Origin: Candidatus Micrarchaeota archaeon
Lineage (GTDB): Archaea > Micrarchaeota > Micrarchaeia > Anstonellales > J096
NCBI GenBank assembly: GCA_015522475.1
Contig: WAMF01000019.1
Location: forward strand, 5,098-69,097
Direction of reading: 5' to 3'
Length of the DNA stretch: 64,000 nt
Below, one piece after another: positions 28,006-37,751 of this stretch. The stretch's first letter is position 1. Every line of letters starts with the position of its first letter. The position numbers were made by a program, and so were the translations under genes. The notes below the pieces were generated by a model. That model had not been told where the DNA came from. It was given only the letters and a program-made list of their open reading frames with translations, and made no database searches.

Positions 28006-29283
28006 ATGGGAAAAACATATATAGATACAGTAAAGTACACAATATACGCCTACTTTGAAGTGGATGGTATGGTTGAAAAACCCGACGTAGTAGGAGCTGT
28101 ATTCGGCCAAACAGAAGGCTTGCTAGGAGAGGATCTTGACTTAAGAGAGCTCCAAAAGAACGGCCGCATCGGCAGGATAGAGGTTGAGCTCGTCAACGAA
28201 AGAGGGAAAACGAAGGGTGTCATAAAGATTCCATCAAGCTTGGACATGGTCGAAACAGCTATTATAGGAGCAGCCCTAGAAACTGTCGATAGAGTTGGGC
28301 CATGTGAAGCCAAAATAAGCATAGACAGAATAGAAGACAACAGGAACGAAAAGCGAAAGAAGATCATAACAAAGGCAAAGCAGCTCTTGAAAAATCTCAT
28401 AACGACGCAGATACCAGAGACAAAGGAGCTTACAGAGATGGTTAGGAAAGAGGTGAAAATAAGCGAGCTCGTCACATATGGCCCAGAGAAGTTGCCAGCG
28501 GGTCCAACCATAGACATATCTGACTCTGTAATCTTCGTCGAAGGAAGGGCAGATGTAGTGAATCTCCTAAAGAACGACATAACAAATGTTATAGGCATAG
28601 GAGGGGCAAAGGTGCCCAAAACCGTCGTAGAGTTATCCAAGAAGAAGGAAACAACCGTATTCCTCGATGGCGATAGAGGTGGAGACATCATACTAAAGGA
28701 GCTGCTAAACGCGGGCGTTGACATAGACTACGTGGCAAGAGCTCCAACGGGCAAAGAAGTAGAAGAGCTTACGAGAAAGGAGATAATAAAGGCGCTGAGA
28801 AACAAGACGCCAGTCCACCAGGAGCATCCACACCCCATAAAAGAAGGACAACTTAGAGAGCAAACAAATGCAACAAACAACGGCAGACAAAAACAAAAAC
28901 AAGCCAAACGAGAAAACAGAGAAGCGGCGGTTGAACGAAAAGAAAACGGAAGCAGAGGAAAAGCAGATAAAAGCGAAGGCAAAGAAGAAAGAAAAATCGA
29001 ATTCAACAAAGCCAGCTTCCTCGACGAGCTCAAAGACCTCAACGGAAGGCTTAGGGCCAGAATCTACGATGAGAATCAGACACTCATAAAAGAGGTCTCA
29101 GTGCGCGAAATGCTACCTACACTTCAATCCATGGATGAAGTGGGTGCAGTTGTCTTTGATGGCATAGTGACACAACGCCTCTTAGATATAGCTGCAGCAA
29201 AAGGCGCTAAGTATGTAGTTGGCGCAAGGCTGGGCAACATAAACAAAAAGAAAGAAGGCCTAACTGTCATAACTGCTAAATAG
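28006..29283 (+). CDS. dnaG: Archaeal DnaG (TOPRIM; exosome-associated)
   Basis: EKPDVVGAVFGQTEGLLG, FVEGRADV, FLDGDRGG, DGIVTQRLLD. Confidence 0.97.
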   Translation: MGKTYIDTVKYTIYAYFEVDGMVEKPDVVGAVFGQTEGLLGEDLDLRELQKNGRIGRIEVELVNERGKTKGVIKIPSSLDMVETAIIGAALETVDRVGPCEAKISIDRIEDNRNEKRKKIITKAKQLLKNLITTQIPETKELTEMVRKEVKISELVTYGPEKLPAGPTIDISDSVIFVEGRADVVNLLKNDITNVIGIGGAKVPKTVVELSKKKETTVFLDGDRGGDIILKELLNAGVDIDYVARAPTGKEVEELTRKEIIKALRNKTPVHQEHPHPIKEGQLREQTNATNNGRQKQKQAKRENREAAVERKENGSRGKADKSEGKEERKIEFNKASFLDELKDLNGRLRARIYDENQTLIKEVSVREMLPTLQSMDEVGAVVFDGIVTQRLLDIAAAKGAKYVVGARLGNINKKKEGLTVITAK

Positions 29284-29412
29284 ATGGGTAGGAAGGAGTA
29301 GGAAAGAGCATCTGAAAAGCCATCGTAGATGACTAAAAAAGAAAGGTAGAAAGAGTGGAATCCCTCAACAGGAACCTGCAAGGTGAGTAAATAGTAGATG
29401 GTGAGGGGCAAA

Positions 29413-30093
29413 ATGGCTAAAAAGACGACAAAAATAGACTTGCACAATCACACAGTTTATTCCTTAGATGCACTAACCACGCCGGAAGAGCTTGTTAGGC
29501 AGGCTGTTAAGAAAGGCATAAGCAGCATTGCATTGACAGACCATGACACCATGAAAGCCCTCCCCTACGTCGAAAAAGCTGCAAAAGGCAAAGTCATCAT
29601 AATCCCTGGTGAAGAAATTATGTGCAGAGAAGGTGAGGTTATAGGCCTCTTTCTATTGGAAGAAATAAAACCGGGGCTTTCTGTTGAAGAAGCGCTCGTC
29701 GAGATAAGGGGGCAAGGAGCTCTAGCCTATGCCCCTCACCCCTTTGACAAGATGCGCCACGGCATAAAGAATGAAGAGCTCTTGAAAAAAATGGACATTA
29801 TCGAAGTGGGTAATGCAAAGTGCACCGCTGCCTTTGATAAAGAGGCAGAGCGATTTGCGGATAAATACGGCTTATTGAAAGGAGCCGGCAGCGATAGCCA
29901 CAGGCCCAAAGAAGTGGGGCGCGCTTATGTAGAAGTGGAAAATCCCGTCGAGTCGCCAGAAGAGCTGTTGGTAGAGCTGAAAAAGGGCCACATAGTGGTT
30001 GAGAGAAGGACAACACTTCTGGAGAAGCTTTCTCGTCATGCAACGCTTTCATGGAAAAAGATCTCAGAGAAATTCAGGAAACAGCAAGAATAG
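29413..30093 (+). CDS. PHP-domain metal-dependent phosphoesterase
   Basis: DLHNHTVYS, ALTDHD, PGEEI, APHPFD, GSDSH. Confidence 0.93.
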   Translation: MAKKTTKIDLHNHTVYSLDALTTPEELVRQAVKKGISSIALTDHDTMKALPYVEKAAKGKVIIIPGEEIMCREGEVIGLFLLEEIKPGLSVEEALVEIRGQGALAYAPHPFDKMRHGIKNEELLKKMDIIEVGNAKCTAAFDKEAERFADKYGLLKGAGSDSHRPKEVGRAYVEVENPVESPEELLVELKKGHIVVERRTTLLEKLSRHATLSWKKISEKFRKQQE

Positions 30094-30218
30094 TAGAGTT
30101 GATGTAAGCTGTTAAGCCATAGACATCGAGCCATTAGGGCCCGATCACAAATTGGCTCAAGCAAGCTCGAGCGTCCCAAAGAGAAAGCTTTATAATGCAT
30201 GGCTTTGTATATTATACA

Positions 30219-31046
30219 ATGCTGTCCACCCCCACCAAATCTGCTGAAAGCGAGCTAGCCACTGCCTTAGCCAAGGAGCAACAGCTAGCCCCATTCAAGG
30301 AAGAAGAACTAGAGACGCTCGTTAAAGAAGAGAATTGGCGCGCCGAGCTTGTGGAGCTTATCATATCAAACAAGCTTGACCCATGGAATATAGATATAGG
30401 ACAGCTAGCAAAGGCCTTTATGGAAAGGCTCGACACTTATATCGCAGAGGGTTTTGAGCTCCCTTCTAACTTAGTACTTGCGGCAGCAATCATACTCAAG
30501 TTCAAAAGCATGAGTTTGAAGCTCAAAGAAGAGCCAAGCGAAGACATAAACTTGGATGTAGATGAGCAAACACAAATAAAAGAAACCGGCCTCCTTATAC
30601 GGAGAGCACCCCCAGCACCCATAACACTCAAAGAGATTGTTAAAGCTGTGGAGAGGGCTTTAGAGCGCATGAGGAAGAGCGCTCCGCCCAAAAAGACACC
30701 TACCTTAAAAGAAACTGTCATAGAAATCAACGAGGAAGACGTGCAAAAGGAGGTTGCGACCCTATATGAAAGGCTCGTCGAGATGTACAAGGCAAGAAGA
30801 GAGAAAATCCTTCTCTCCCATCTGCTAAACGACAAAAATGACTATCCAAAGGGGCAAGGAAATGACAACATGCAAGGGATGCAAGACATACAAAACATGG
30901 CCTTTTCGGAAAGGCTAACAAAAACCCTACTCAGACTTTTGTTTTTGGCCAACGAAGAGAAAGTAGAGCTCATACAGGAGGAGCTATTTGGAGAGGTAGA
31001 GGTGAGGCTTTTTGAAGAGGCAAGAGAAGCTGGAGAAGTTAATTGA
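30219..31046 (+). CDS. scpA: SMC kleisin ScpA
   Basis: LDPWNIDI, 'NLVLAAAIILKFKS', C-terminal 'LLFLANEEKVELIQEELFGEV'. Confidence 0.9.
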   Translation: MLSTPTKSAESELATALAKEQQLAPFKEEELETLVKEENWRAELVELIISNKLDPWNIDIGQLAKAFMERLDTYIAEGFELPSNLVLAAAIILKFKSMSLKLKEEPSEDINLDVDEQTQIKETGLLIRRAPPAPITLKEIVKAVERALERMRKSAPPKKTPTLKETVIEINEEDVQKEVATLYERLVEMYKARREKILLSHLLNDKNDYPKGQGNDNMQGMQDIQNMAFSERLTKTLLRLLFLANEEKVELIQEELFGEVEVRLFEEAREAGEVN

Positions 31047-31476
31047 AGGCCTGCTTTTCCTAACGGCAAAAGAGTGGAAAGCTGAAGAGATAGCCAAACT
31101 TCTAAAAGCAGATGGACAAGAGGTTAAAGAAGCGCTCCAAAAGCTAGCCGAGAGATTTAACAATCTAGACATAATTATAGCTGTACGCAAGATCGGCGAT
31201 TACTACAGTATGAATGTAAAGCCTGAATACGTGCCCCTTCTCAAGCGATTCATAAAGGCAAAGGAACTCACACGCAAGCAGGCGAGGCTCCTCGCCATTA
31301 TAGAGGCAAACAAGGGCATTAAAAAAAGCGTGCTCGCAAAGAAGCTGGGCTCAGCAGTATACGAAAGCATAGGCGAACTCGTGAAAATGGGCTTTGTCAC
31401 AGAAGTAAAAGAGGACAGAACGTCTCGCCTTTTCACAACAGAGAAGTATAAAGAGTACAGAGAGCTTTACAAGTAG
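31012..31476 (+). CDS. scpB: SMC-Scp complex subunit ScpB
   Basis: 'LIEGLLFL' winged-helix, 'LAII', 'LFTTEKYKEY'. Overlaps scpA. Confidence 0.85.
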   Translation: MKRQEKLEKLIEGLLFLTAKEWKAEEIAKLLKADGQEVKEALQKLAERFNNLDIIIAVRKIGDYYSMNVKPEYVPLLKRFIKAKELTRKQARLLAIIEANKGIKKSVLAKKLGSAVYESIGELVKMGFVTEVKEDRTSRLFTTEKYKEYRELYK

Positions 31477-31547
31477 GCAACCAACAAATAAACAGTGGGA
31501 CTGGCGTACAGTGAAGGTTTATTAAATATCTCTACAAAGGTGGAAGT

Positions 31548-32230
31548 ATGGAAGAAGATAATAAAAAGAGCAGCGGGCCAATCAAGATAGAGGTCAACTC
31601 TATCAAAATCAGCCCCCATCTATAAGGGTTATAGACAAAAATGGGAAAGAGATTTCATTTAAAAACGAGGAGGAATTCAAGGAGTGGGCTAAAGAGAACC
31701 TATCTGAAGAGGAGTATGCCACGCTTATAGACGAGATAGACAACGTTAGAAAAGAAGAGTATGTAGAGGAAAGTCCATCGCCTGCTGCCAAAAGAACAGG
31801 AGTTGAAATGAAGCTATCTGCAAGCTGGGAAGAGAAAGGAACACATAATAAGAAAGGATCTTTTCCCACCCTTAGAAGATTAGAGGAGGGAAAGGGAAGT
31901 AAAGAGAAAATTGTGAAAGTATCTGCGGATTTATCAATCGTCCCAGCTATTTTTGGAGGTATTCTAAGCATAATGCTAGCCCCACTTTTTACCCATTTCT
32001 CTCAGTCGTCTGCATCATCCTTTCAGGACAAAAAGGTTGAGAATTTCCTCAACGCCGTTGAGAAGCGACTGGCTTATACAAAAGAGCTAAGTGAAAGTGA
32101 AGTTAAGGAAATGACAAAAGAGAAAGGTCTCCATTACAATAAGCCTTTAGAGAGCGTGTTGAAAGCAAGAGGAATAAAGAAGAAAAGCCAAGGGTTGTTT
32201 AGAGAAGCTATGTATGTAAGGGAAGTGTAG
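31548..32230 (+). pseudogene. Hypothetical membrane-associated protein with a 1-nt frameshift at a C5 run
   Basis: TATA and AGGTGG SD precede ATG 31548 (MEEDNKK...ISPHL*). One extra C at 31613-17 joins it to the open frame PSIRVIDKNGKE... that continues into ORF 31808-32230. Confidence 0.65.
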
Positions 32231-32523
32231 GTGTACGAATGGGGTGAGCTCTGTCAATGTTACTTTAATGCTAACTTAATGTTGATTTAACTACTAACCT
32301 GATCCTTCTACCGCTTGCCTATGTATTGCTTGTATTAAGCTTGCATTGACGCCCAACTATAAGGCTAAACGTACGATGGTATAAATTGCTCGTAAATCCT
32401 ATAAAGGAGGAATCAGTAACGACTAGTTGAAACAAGCAGCTTTAAAAAGATTTCCCCAGGGAAGATAGACAAGCTCTGCTATATTTGGCAGATGGAAGAA
32501 AAAATGTTTAAGGAGGGATATGT

Positions 32524-33768
32524 ATGGCTAAAAAGGAACACATGAATATAGTCTTTATCGGCCACGTAGATGCCGGTAAGTCCACAACAGTGGGTAGGAT
32601 CTTGTACGAGACGGGAAAGATCGACGAGCAGGTGATCCGCCGCTTAAAGGAAGAGGCAGAGAAGCACGGGAAGCAGACCTTTGAGTTTGCCTACGTCATG
32701 GACCGCTTAAAGGAAGAGAGAGAGCGTGGTGTTACTATCGACATCAGTCACCAAGAGTTCGAGACACCAAAGTACTTCTTCACAATTATAGACGCTCCTG
32801 GCCACAAAGACTTTGTTAAAAACATGATTACGGGCGCGAGCCAAGCTGACGCCGCTGTCCTCGTCGTCAGCGGTAAGGATGGTGTACAACCACAGACAAA
32901 GGAGCACACATTCCTTGCCAAGGTTCTAGGCATTAATCAGCTCATTGTCCTAGTAAGCAAGATGGACGCCGTTGATTACAGCCAAGATGCTTACAACAAG
33001 GTAAAGGCAGAGGTAGAGCAACTCCTTAAGGGTGTGGGCTACGACGTAAGCAAAATCCCCATCATCCCAGCCTCAGCTTACTACGGAGACAACCTAGTCA
33101 AAAAGAGCGAGAAGATGAGCTGGTACAACGGCCCAACGCTCTTCGAAGCGTTCGACACACTCCAATCCCCAGAGAGACCTGTAGATAAGCCTCTCCGCTT
33201 ACCTATACAGGATGTGCTCACAATTACAGGCCATGGCCTCGTTCCAGTAGGTAGAATAGAAACAGGTACAATGAAAGAAGGACAAAAGGTTATTGTTATG
33301 CCTAGTGGGGCTGTTGGTGAAGTTAAAAGAATAGAGATGCATCACCAGGAAGTGCCAGAAGCTATTCCAGGAGACAACATAGGTTTCAATCTAAAAGGCG
33401 TTGACAAGAAGGATGTTAAAAGAGGTTATGTCGTCGGCCCAACAGACAATCCCCCAACGATTGCAGAGGAGTTCACAGCTCAGATCATTGTGCTTAACCA
33501 CCCTACAGCCATAAGCGTAGGTTATACACCTGTCTTCCACATACACACAGCTACATTCCCAGGCCGCTTTGTAGAGATAAAGGATCCACAAGGCAATCCT
33601 AAGGACTTCCTGAAGACAGGCGAAGCAGGCATAGTAAAAGTACAACCTCTTAAGCCCGTCGTTGTCGAGAAGTACAGTGAGTTCGGTCCATTGGGCAGGT
33701 TTGCCATACGTGATATGAATATGACTGTGGCTGCAGGTGTTGTGTTGGACGTTAAGAAGAAGCAGTAA
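32524..33768 (+). CDS. tuf: Translation elongation factor EF-1alpha
   Basis: [43 protein letters not shown]. Confidence 0.98.
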   Translation: MAKKEHMNIVFIGHVDAGKSTTVGRILYETGKIDEQVIRRLKEEAEKHGKQTFEFAYVMDRLKEERERGVTIDISHQEFETPKYFFTIIDAPGHKDFVKNMITGASQADAAVLVVSGKDGVQPQTKEHTFLAKVLGINQLIVLVSKMDAVDYSQDAYNKVKAEVEQLLKGVGYDVSKIPIIPASAYYGDNLVKKSEKMSWYNGPTLFEAFDTLQSPERPVDKPLRLPIQDVLTITGHGLVPVGRIETGTMKEGQKVIVMPSGAVGEVKRIEMHHQEVPEAIPGDNIGFNLKGVDKKDVKRGYVVGPTDNPPTIAEEFTAQIIVLNHPTAISVGYTPVFHIHTATFPGRFVEIKDPQGNPKDFLKTGEAGIVKVQPLKPVVVEKYSEFGPLGRFAIRDMNMTVAAGVVLDVKKKQ

Positions 33769-33819
33769 ATCAGCAAATCTACGTGAATAAAAGACGGGAA
33801 ATAGAAAATAGGTGAGTAT

Positions 33820-34131
33820 GTGGCTCGGGCACGTGTAAGACTTGAAGGTGGAGATAGCAAGGATCTCCAATACATCGTCGACCAGCTCAGAATGATGGGC
33901 AACGCCCTTAACATAAAAGTAAGGGGACCTATTAGACTGCCCAGAAAAAACCTCGTCCTTCCAACGAGGCGGACGCCTTGTGGAGACGGCAGCGACACGT
34001 ACGAGAAGTGGTGGGCGCGCATATCCCGCTGGCTTGTTGAGCTTGAAGGCGACGAGAAAGCCCTTAGGCAAATTCTCCGCATAAAGGTGCCCGACAAAGT
34101 CTACGTCCGCATAATACTGCTTGGCAGCTAA
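33820..34131 (+). CDS. rpsJ: 30S ribosomal protein uS10
   Basis: 'RGPIRLP...PTRRTPCGDGSDTYEKW'. Conserved tuf-rpsJ order. GTG start. Confidence 0.95.
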   Translation: MARARVRLEGGDSKDLQYIVDQLRMMGNALNIKVRGPIRLPRKNLVLPTRRTPCGDGSDTYEKWWARISRWLVELEGDEKALRQILRIKVPDKVYVRIILLGS

Positions 34132-34173
34132 AGATAAAGAGTATTGGACTGAAGAGCAAAACTAGCTAAGTCC

Positions 34174-34186
34174 TTTTTTATTTTTT
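34174..34186 (+). terminator. Oligo-T terminator after tuf-rpsJ
   Basis: TTTTTTATTTTTT tract about 40 nt after the rpsJ stop. Confidence 0.55.
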
Positions 34187-34204
34187 ATGTCTTATTTTTA
34201 CAGC

Positions 34205-34753
34205 ATGGCCAAAAGAAAGAGGAAAGCTAAGAGAAGGCTGCTCGCTCCATCAACAAGAAATATACCTAATATGCTGAAGTTCGTCGTAGACGAGATGCTG
34301 TTAGATGTTGCCAAATATCTGCGCATAATAGGCTATGATACTATTTGCCCCGTGCCAGGCACGCAAGATCGCTTTATTTTAGAAGATATAAAGAAAAGGG
34401 TTCTTATAACTGCGGACAAGGAGTTCTGCAGGTTAACACGAAAAAAAGGCCGGCGCTGTATATATGTCGATGTTCAGTCCAGCCTTAATAAAAAGCTCTC
34501 TCACGTCATAGGTAAGCTCCACCTTGTTCCGCGCTATAAGCATTCTAGGTGCCCAAAGTGCAACGGCACACTACGAAGAGAGAAAAGCGAGAACGTGGAT
34601 GTGGATGAAGGCATAAGAAGAAGGCATCGCTATGTTTACGTGTGCGAGGTTTGTGGCCACATCTACTGGAAAGGTAGCCAATGGCAGAGGATGATTGCAC
34701 GCATCTGGCGTATAAGAAAAAAGCTAGGCTTAATAAAACCTCGTCGGAAATGA
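34205..34753 (+). CDS. Mut7-C RNase domain protein
   Basis: 'FVVDEML...YLRIIGYD', LITAD, RCPKCN...CEVCGHIYWKGSQW. Start could also be 34270. Confidence 0.9.
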   Translation: MAKRKRKAKRRLLAPSTRNIPNMLKFVVDEMLLDVAKYLRIIGYDTICPVPGTQDRFILEDIKKRVLITADKEFCRLTRKKGRRCIYVDVQSSLNKKLSHVIGKLHLVPRYKHSRCPKCNGTLRREKSENVDVDEGIRRRHRYVYVCEVCGHIYWKGSQWQRMIARIWRIRKKLGLIKPRRK

Positions 34754-34807
34754 AGCTGGGAGGCAAGCGAAGCTTTTAAATTATTCCGCTAAATAGTAGT
34801 AAAAGCT

Positions 34808-34880
34808 GCCTCGGTAGCTCAGGCGGTAGAGCGTTCGCTTGGTAAGCGAAAGGTCGAGGGTTCAAATCCCTCCCGAGGCT
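34808..34880 (+). tRNA. tRNA-Thr (GGT)
   Basis: GCCTCGGTAGCTCAGGCGGTAGAGCG-TTCGC TT GGT AA GCGAA-AGGTCGAGGGTTCAAATCCCTCCCGAGGCT. TATA near 34775. Confidence 0.97.
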
Positions 34881-34884
34881 CTCT

Positions 34885-35682
34885 TTATTTCTGAGTGGCT
34901 TTTCCAATCGCATTAAGCGTTTCGTCCAGTCTAAGCAGCTTGCTTCTAAGCGCCCCGTCGAGAGGCAAGTGCTTAAGCCGATCTATATTCCACAGCACAG
35001 AGTCTATGTGGAGTGCTGGCAAATTGGCTAGTTGGGCCACATCTTGCCAAAAACCTATAGCTTGCTTAATAGGAAAGGTTTTCCTCGGTTGTGCAGAAGA
35101 CAAAGGAGTTAAGCACTTTATACGCGAGTCTAATGGAATAGGAATAGAAAAAGGAAACATAACGAATTCAGCTGTTATGACACGTCTGGCATAGCCAAAC
35201 ATCTTAACAGCAAAACTAGCTGTCTTTGAATAAGGCGCATGAAAAGCAGAAAGCAACGCCTTATAAAGTTCTGAATATGTTGTATCGAGGCGAATTTCGT
35301 TTATAGAAGGAAGGGCCTTCCTAAGCCGCCCTAACTTTACATTGTGTAACCGTCTATTATGGTGACTCTCTCTCAAAAAGTTGGAGATAGCTTCATACAC
35401 ATCTGCATAACGGCGAGTAGAAAAGAAGGTTGAGAATTCCTCCCAATAAAGTTCGCCCTTTCCAGAAGGTTGATATGAAACTAGAGCATTAGCAACGACT
35501 AATCTAGTGAACAATTCACATGAAGAGGAAGAAAAAGCGGAAAGCTGTCCTTTATTCCATAGGTCAAATAGAGCTCTGTATTGGAGATCGGACACTTCTA
35601 TTTTCTGTATATCGTCGAAGGAGAATTGTTTTAGGCTATTGGCCAAGCACCTCTTCAGCTCTTCAATTGCTTTCTGCATCAC
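34885..35682 (-). CDS. AGOG-type 8-oxoguanine N-glycosylase/DNA lyase
   Basis: 'NALVSYQPSGKGELYWEEF', 'KTASFAVKMFGYA', 'IPIPLDSRI', 'LHIDSVLW'. Confidence 0.88.
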   Translation of the reverse strand: MMQKAIEELKRCLANSLKQFSFDDIQKIEVSDLQYRALFDLWNKGQLSAFSSSSCELFTRLVVANALVSYQPSGKGELYWEEFSTFFSTRRYADVYEAISNFLRESHHNRRLHNVKLGRLRKALPSINEIRLDTTYSELYKALLSAFHAPYSKTASFAVKMFGYARRVITAEFVMFPFSIPIPLDSRIKCLTPLSSAQPRKTFPIKQAIGFWQDVAQLANLPALHIDSVLWNIDRLKHLPLDGALRSKLLRLDETLNAIGKATQK

Positions 35683-35754
35683 AACACGCTCCTACCGTTT
35701 CAACTTTATCAGCACTCTCTATCATTTCATCTCACCCTTCCCATCACCATTCCT

Positions 35755-36177
35755 CTATTTAAGTTTTTCCACTAAGATGGCCGGACAGACCTTCAAAACA
35801 CGCTTGTCCTTCTCAAGCTTTTTTACGAATGAATAGAGCTCTCTACTATCTTTGAAAAAAGTCCTAAACATGATCATATGGCCTCCAGTAGAAGACCAAA
35901 GATGCACAACGTGCTTATCCTTCTTCAAGAGGTCAATAATAGACAAAAAGCCCTCTGGTGTCGTATCCACACCTGTTACAGTGTCTACCTTTCTTGCCAT
36001 GGCTGTCGGCTCAACATCTGCATGGTAGCCCTTAATTACACCCTCCTTCTCAAGCGCCTTTACACGCTTCCTCACAGCGCCTTCTGTAACACCCAACTTC
36101 TTCGCTATCTCTGTAAAAGAAAGCCGCGCATTCTTCTGAAGGAGCTCCAAAAGCCTTTTTTCCGAAATTCGGACCAT
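35755..36177 (-). CDS. Lrp/AsnC family transcriptional regulator
   Basis: HTH 'LQKNARLSFTEIAKKLGVTEGAVRKRVKALEKEGVI' plus RAM domain ending CPAIL (LrpA-like). Confidence 0.93.
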   Translation of the reverse strand: MVRISEKRLLELLQKNARLSFTEIAKKLGVTEGAVRKRVKALEKEGVIKGYHADVEPTAMARKVDTVTGVDTTPEGFLSIIDLLKKDKHVVHLWSSTGGHMIMFRTFFKDSRELYSFVKKLEKDKRVLKVCPAILVEKLK

Positions 36178-36238
36178 AAAGTAGTAAGATAGGAAATGTT
36201 TATAAGGATTTCGTAATTAATAGAGCAAAGGTGATAAT

Positions 36239-36910
36239 ATGGAGAAAGAAGAAGTAAATGTAGGTCTACCTCTTTTAGGCGAAAAATTTCCTGAACTAGA
36301 GGTGCAAACAACACATGGAAAGATGAAGCTGCCAGAGGTCTTCAAAGGCAAATGGTTCGTTCTCTTCAGCCATCCAGCTGACTTCACACCCGTCTGCACA
36401 ACGGAGTTCGTTGGCTTCCAAAAACGCTACGACAAATTTAAAGAGTTGAACACGGAGCTTATCGGGCTAAGCGTCGATCAAGTGTTTAGCCACATGAAGT
36501 GGGTTGAGTGGATAAAGGAAAAGCTCAACGTCGAAATAGAGTTCCCTATTATAGCAGATGATATGGGGGTGGTAGCAGAAACGCTTGGCATGATTCATCC
36601 CAATAAGGGAACAAATACTGTTAGGGCTGTGTTCATCGTGGATGACAAGGGTATTATACGCCTTATCATGTATTATCCTCAAGAGGTTGGCAGAGATGCA
36701 GACGAGATTTTAAGAGCTGTTAAAGCTTTACAGACTGCAGACAAGTATGGAGTGGCCACGCCCCACAAATGGCCCAAGAATGAGCTTGTAGGCAGCGACG
36801 TTATAGTGCCTCCTGCAAGCGACGAAGAGATTAAGGCTAAGCGCGAGGAAGCTGCTAAGAAAGGCGAGATCGAGTGCTTTGATTGGTGGCTCTGCCATAA
36901 AAAAGTGTGA
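36239..36910 (+). CDS. Peroxiredoxin (Prx6-type)
   Basis: [14 protein letters not shown] and C-terminal CFDWWLC. Confidence 0.97.
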   Translation: MEKEEVNVGLPLLGEKFPELEVQTTHGKMKLPEVFKGKWFVLFSHPADFTPVCTTEFVGFQKRYDKFKELNTELIGLSVDQVFSHMKWVEWIKEKLNVEIEFPIIADDMGVVAETLGMIHPNKGTNTVRAVFIVDDKGIIRLIMYYPQEVGRDADEILRAVKALQTADKYGVATPHKWPKNELVGSDVIVPPASDEEIKAKREEAAKKGEIECFDWWLCHKKV

Positions 36911-36926
36911 GCTTTCATAGCAACCC

Positions 36927-36949
36927 TTTTTATTCATTTCTTTTTTATT
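36927..36949 (+). terminator. Oligo-T terminator after peroxiredoxin
   Basis: TTTTTATTCATTTCTTTTTTATT. Confidence 0.55.
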
Positions 36950-36956
36950 GTAACAC

Positions 36957-37751
36957 ATGGTAGTTTATGAGTACGTAGCCACACTTTCCTTCCTAGCGAA
37001 GGAGTGGGCGGACATCTTAAAAAGAATAAGGCAGAGTGTAGCATCCTATGCGAAAAAAACGATGAGGGATGGAAAAAGCATCCATGCATCGGAGAACTAT
37101 GGACCTTTCAATTATTCTGTGTTTGTACAACTGTACAAAAATGATATGTGGGTTGAAGTTTATGGGGAAGTGCAGAGCTCTCTTGATGAGGTCCTCAGGG
37201 ATAGAGGGATTAGAGAAGCAGCAAGCTTATCTATAGAGATGGACTTTTTGAGTGAGATGGACGATGGAGTTGTGAGGACAGGAGCATACAAGGCTATGGT
37301 TAAAGAAGGCAATATCATTTATGTCCCTCCTGCAATCCGCGTGTGGTGGCCCCTTAAACACCTGTCTCACAAAGGTCTAGATCATACGTTCGTCCACGAG
37401 ATTATGCACTTTATCCAAGATGCTATGATAGAGGAGATGGACAAAAAGGACAAAGAGATGTACGCAACAGTGGAAGGGCTTTTGGCCGTGTCTCACAAAC
37501 TAAGAAGCGTGAAAAGGGAAGTTAAGGGTATGGTGCAGGCCTGCAGTCATGTTGGGGGAGAGTGCAAAGCTGTGGGCAGTTTTCTAAAGAGTATTAAGGG
37601 TATGAAGGAGATCTCTATGTTGAGAGAGCTGGAAGAGAAAAGCCTGCAACTGCATAGGAAGTATGGATGGAAAGGAAGAATATACGAAATGCTAAAGAAC
37701 ATGAAGCCCAACGAAGTGGTGCTGGTTAAGGGAGCTAACTACGCTAGTTAA
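36957..37751 (+). CDS. Hypothetical protein with HExxH zinc motif
   Basis: 'TFVHEIMHFIQ' followed by a downstream E. Confidence 0.65.
   Translation: MVVYEYVATLSFLAKEWADILKRIRQSVASYAKKTMRDGKSIHASENYGPFNYSVFVQLYKNDMWVEVYGEVQSSLDEVLRDRGIREAASLSIEMDFLSEMDDGVVRTGAYKAMVKEGNIIYVPPAIRVWWPLKHLSHKGLDHTFVHEIMHFIQDAMIEEMDKKDKEMYATVEGLLAVSHKLRSVKREVKGMVQACSHVGGECKAVGSFLKSIKGMKEISMLRELEEKSLQLHRKYGWKGRIYEMLKNMKPNEVVLVKGANYAS

Noticed and set aside
12667-32405. Identical 14-mer GTAAATCCTATAAA at 12667 and 32392 as a shared regulatory site
   Set aside because: Only two copies of an AT-rich word at inconsistent positions and orientations relative to genes. Compatible with chance.
28050-34097. Long antisense ORFs (e.g. 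28050-28724, 33391-34071, 33522-34097) and many similar ones in the ORF track
   Set aside because: These are shadows of well-conserved genes on the opposite strand, with S/F/L-rich non-protein-like composition and no SD or promoter.
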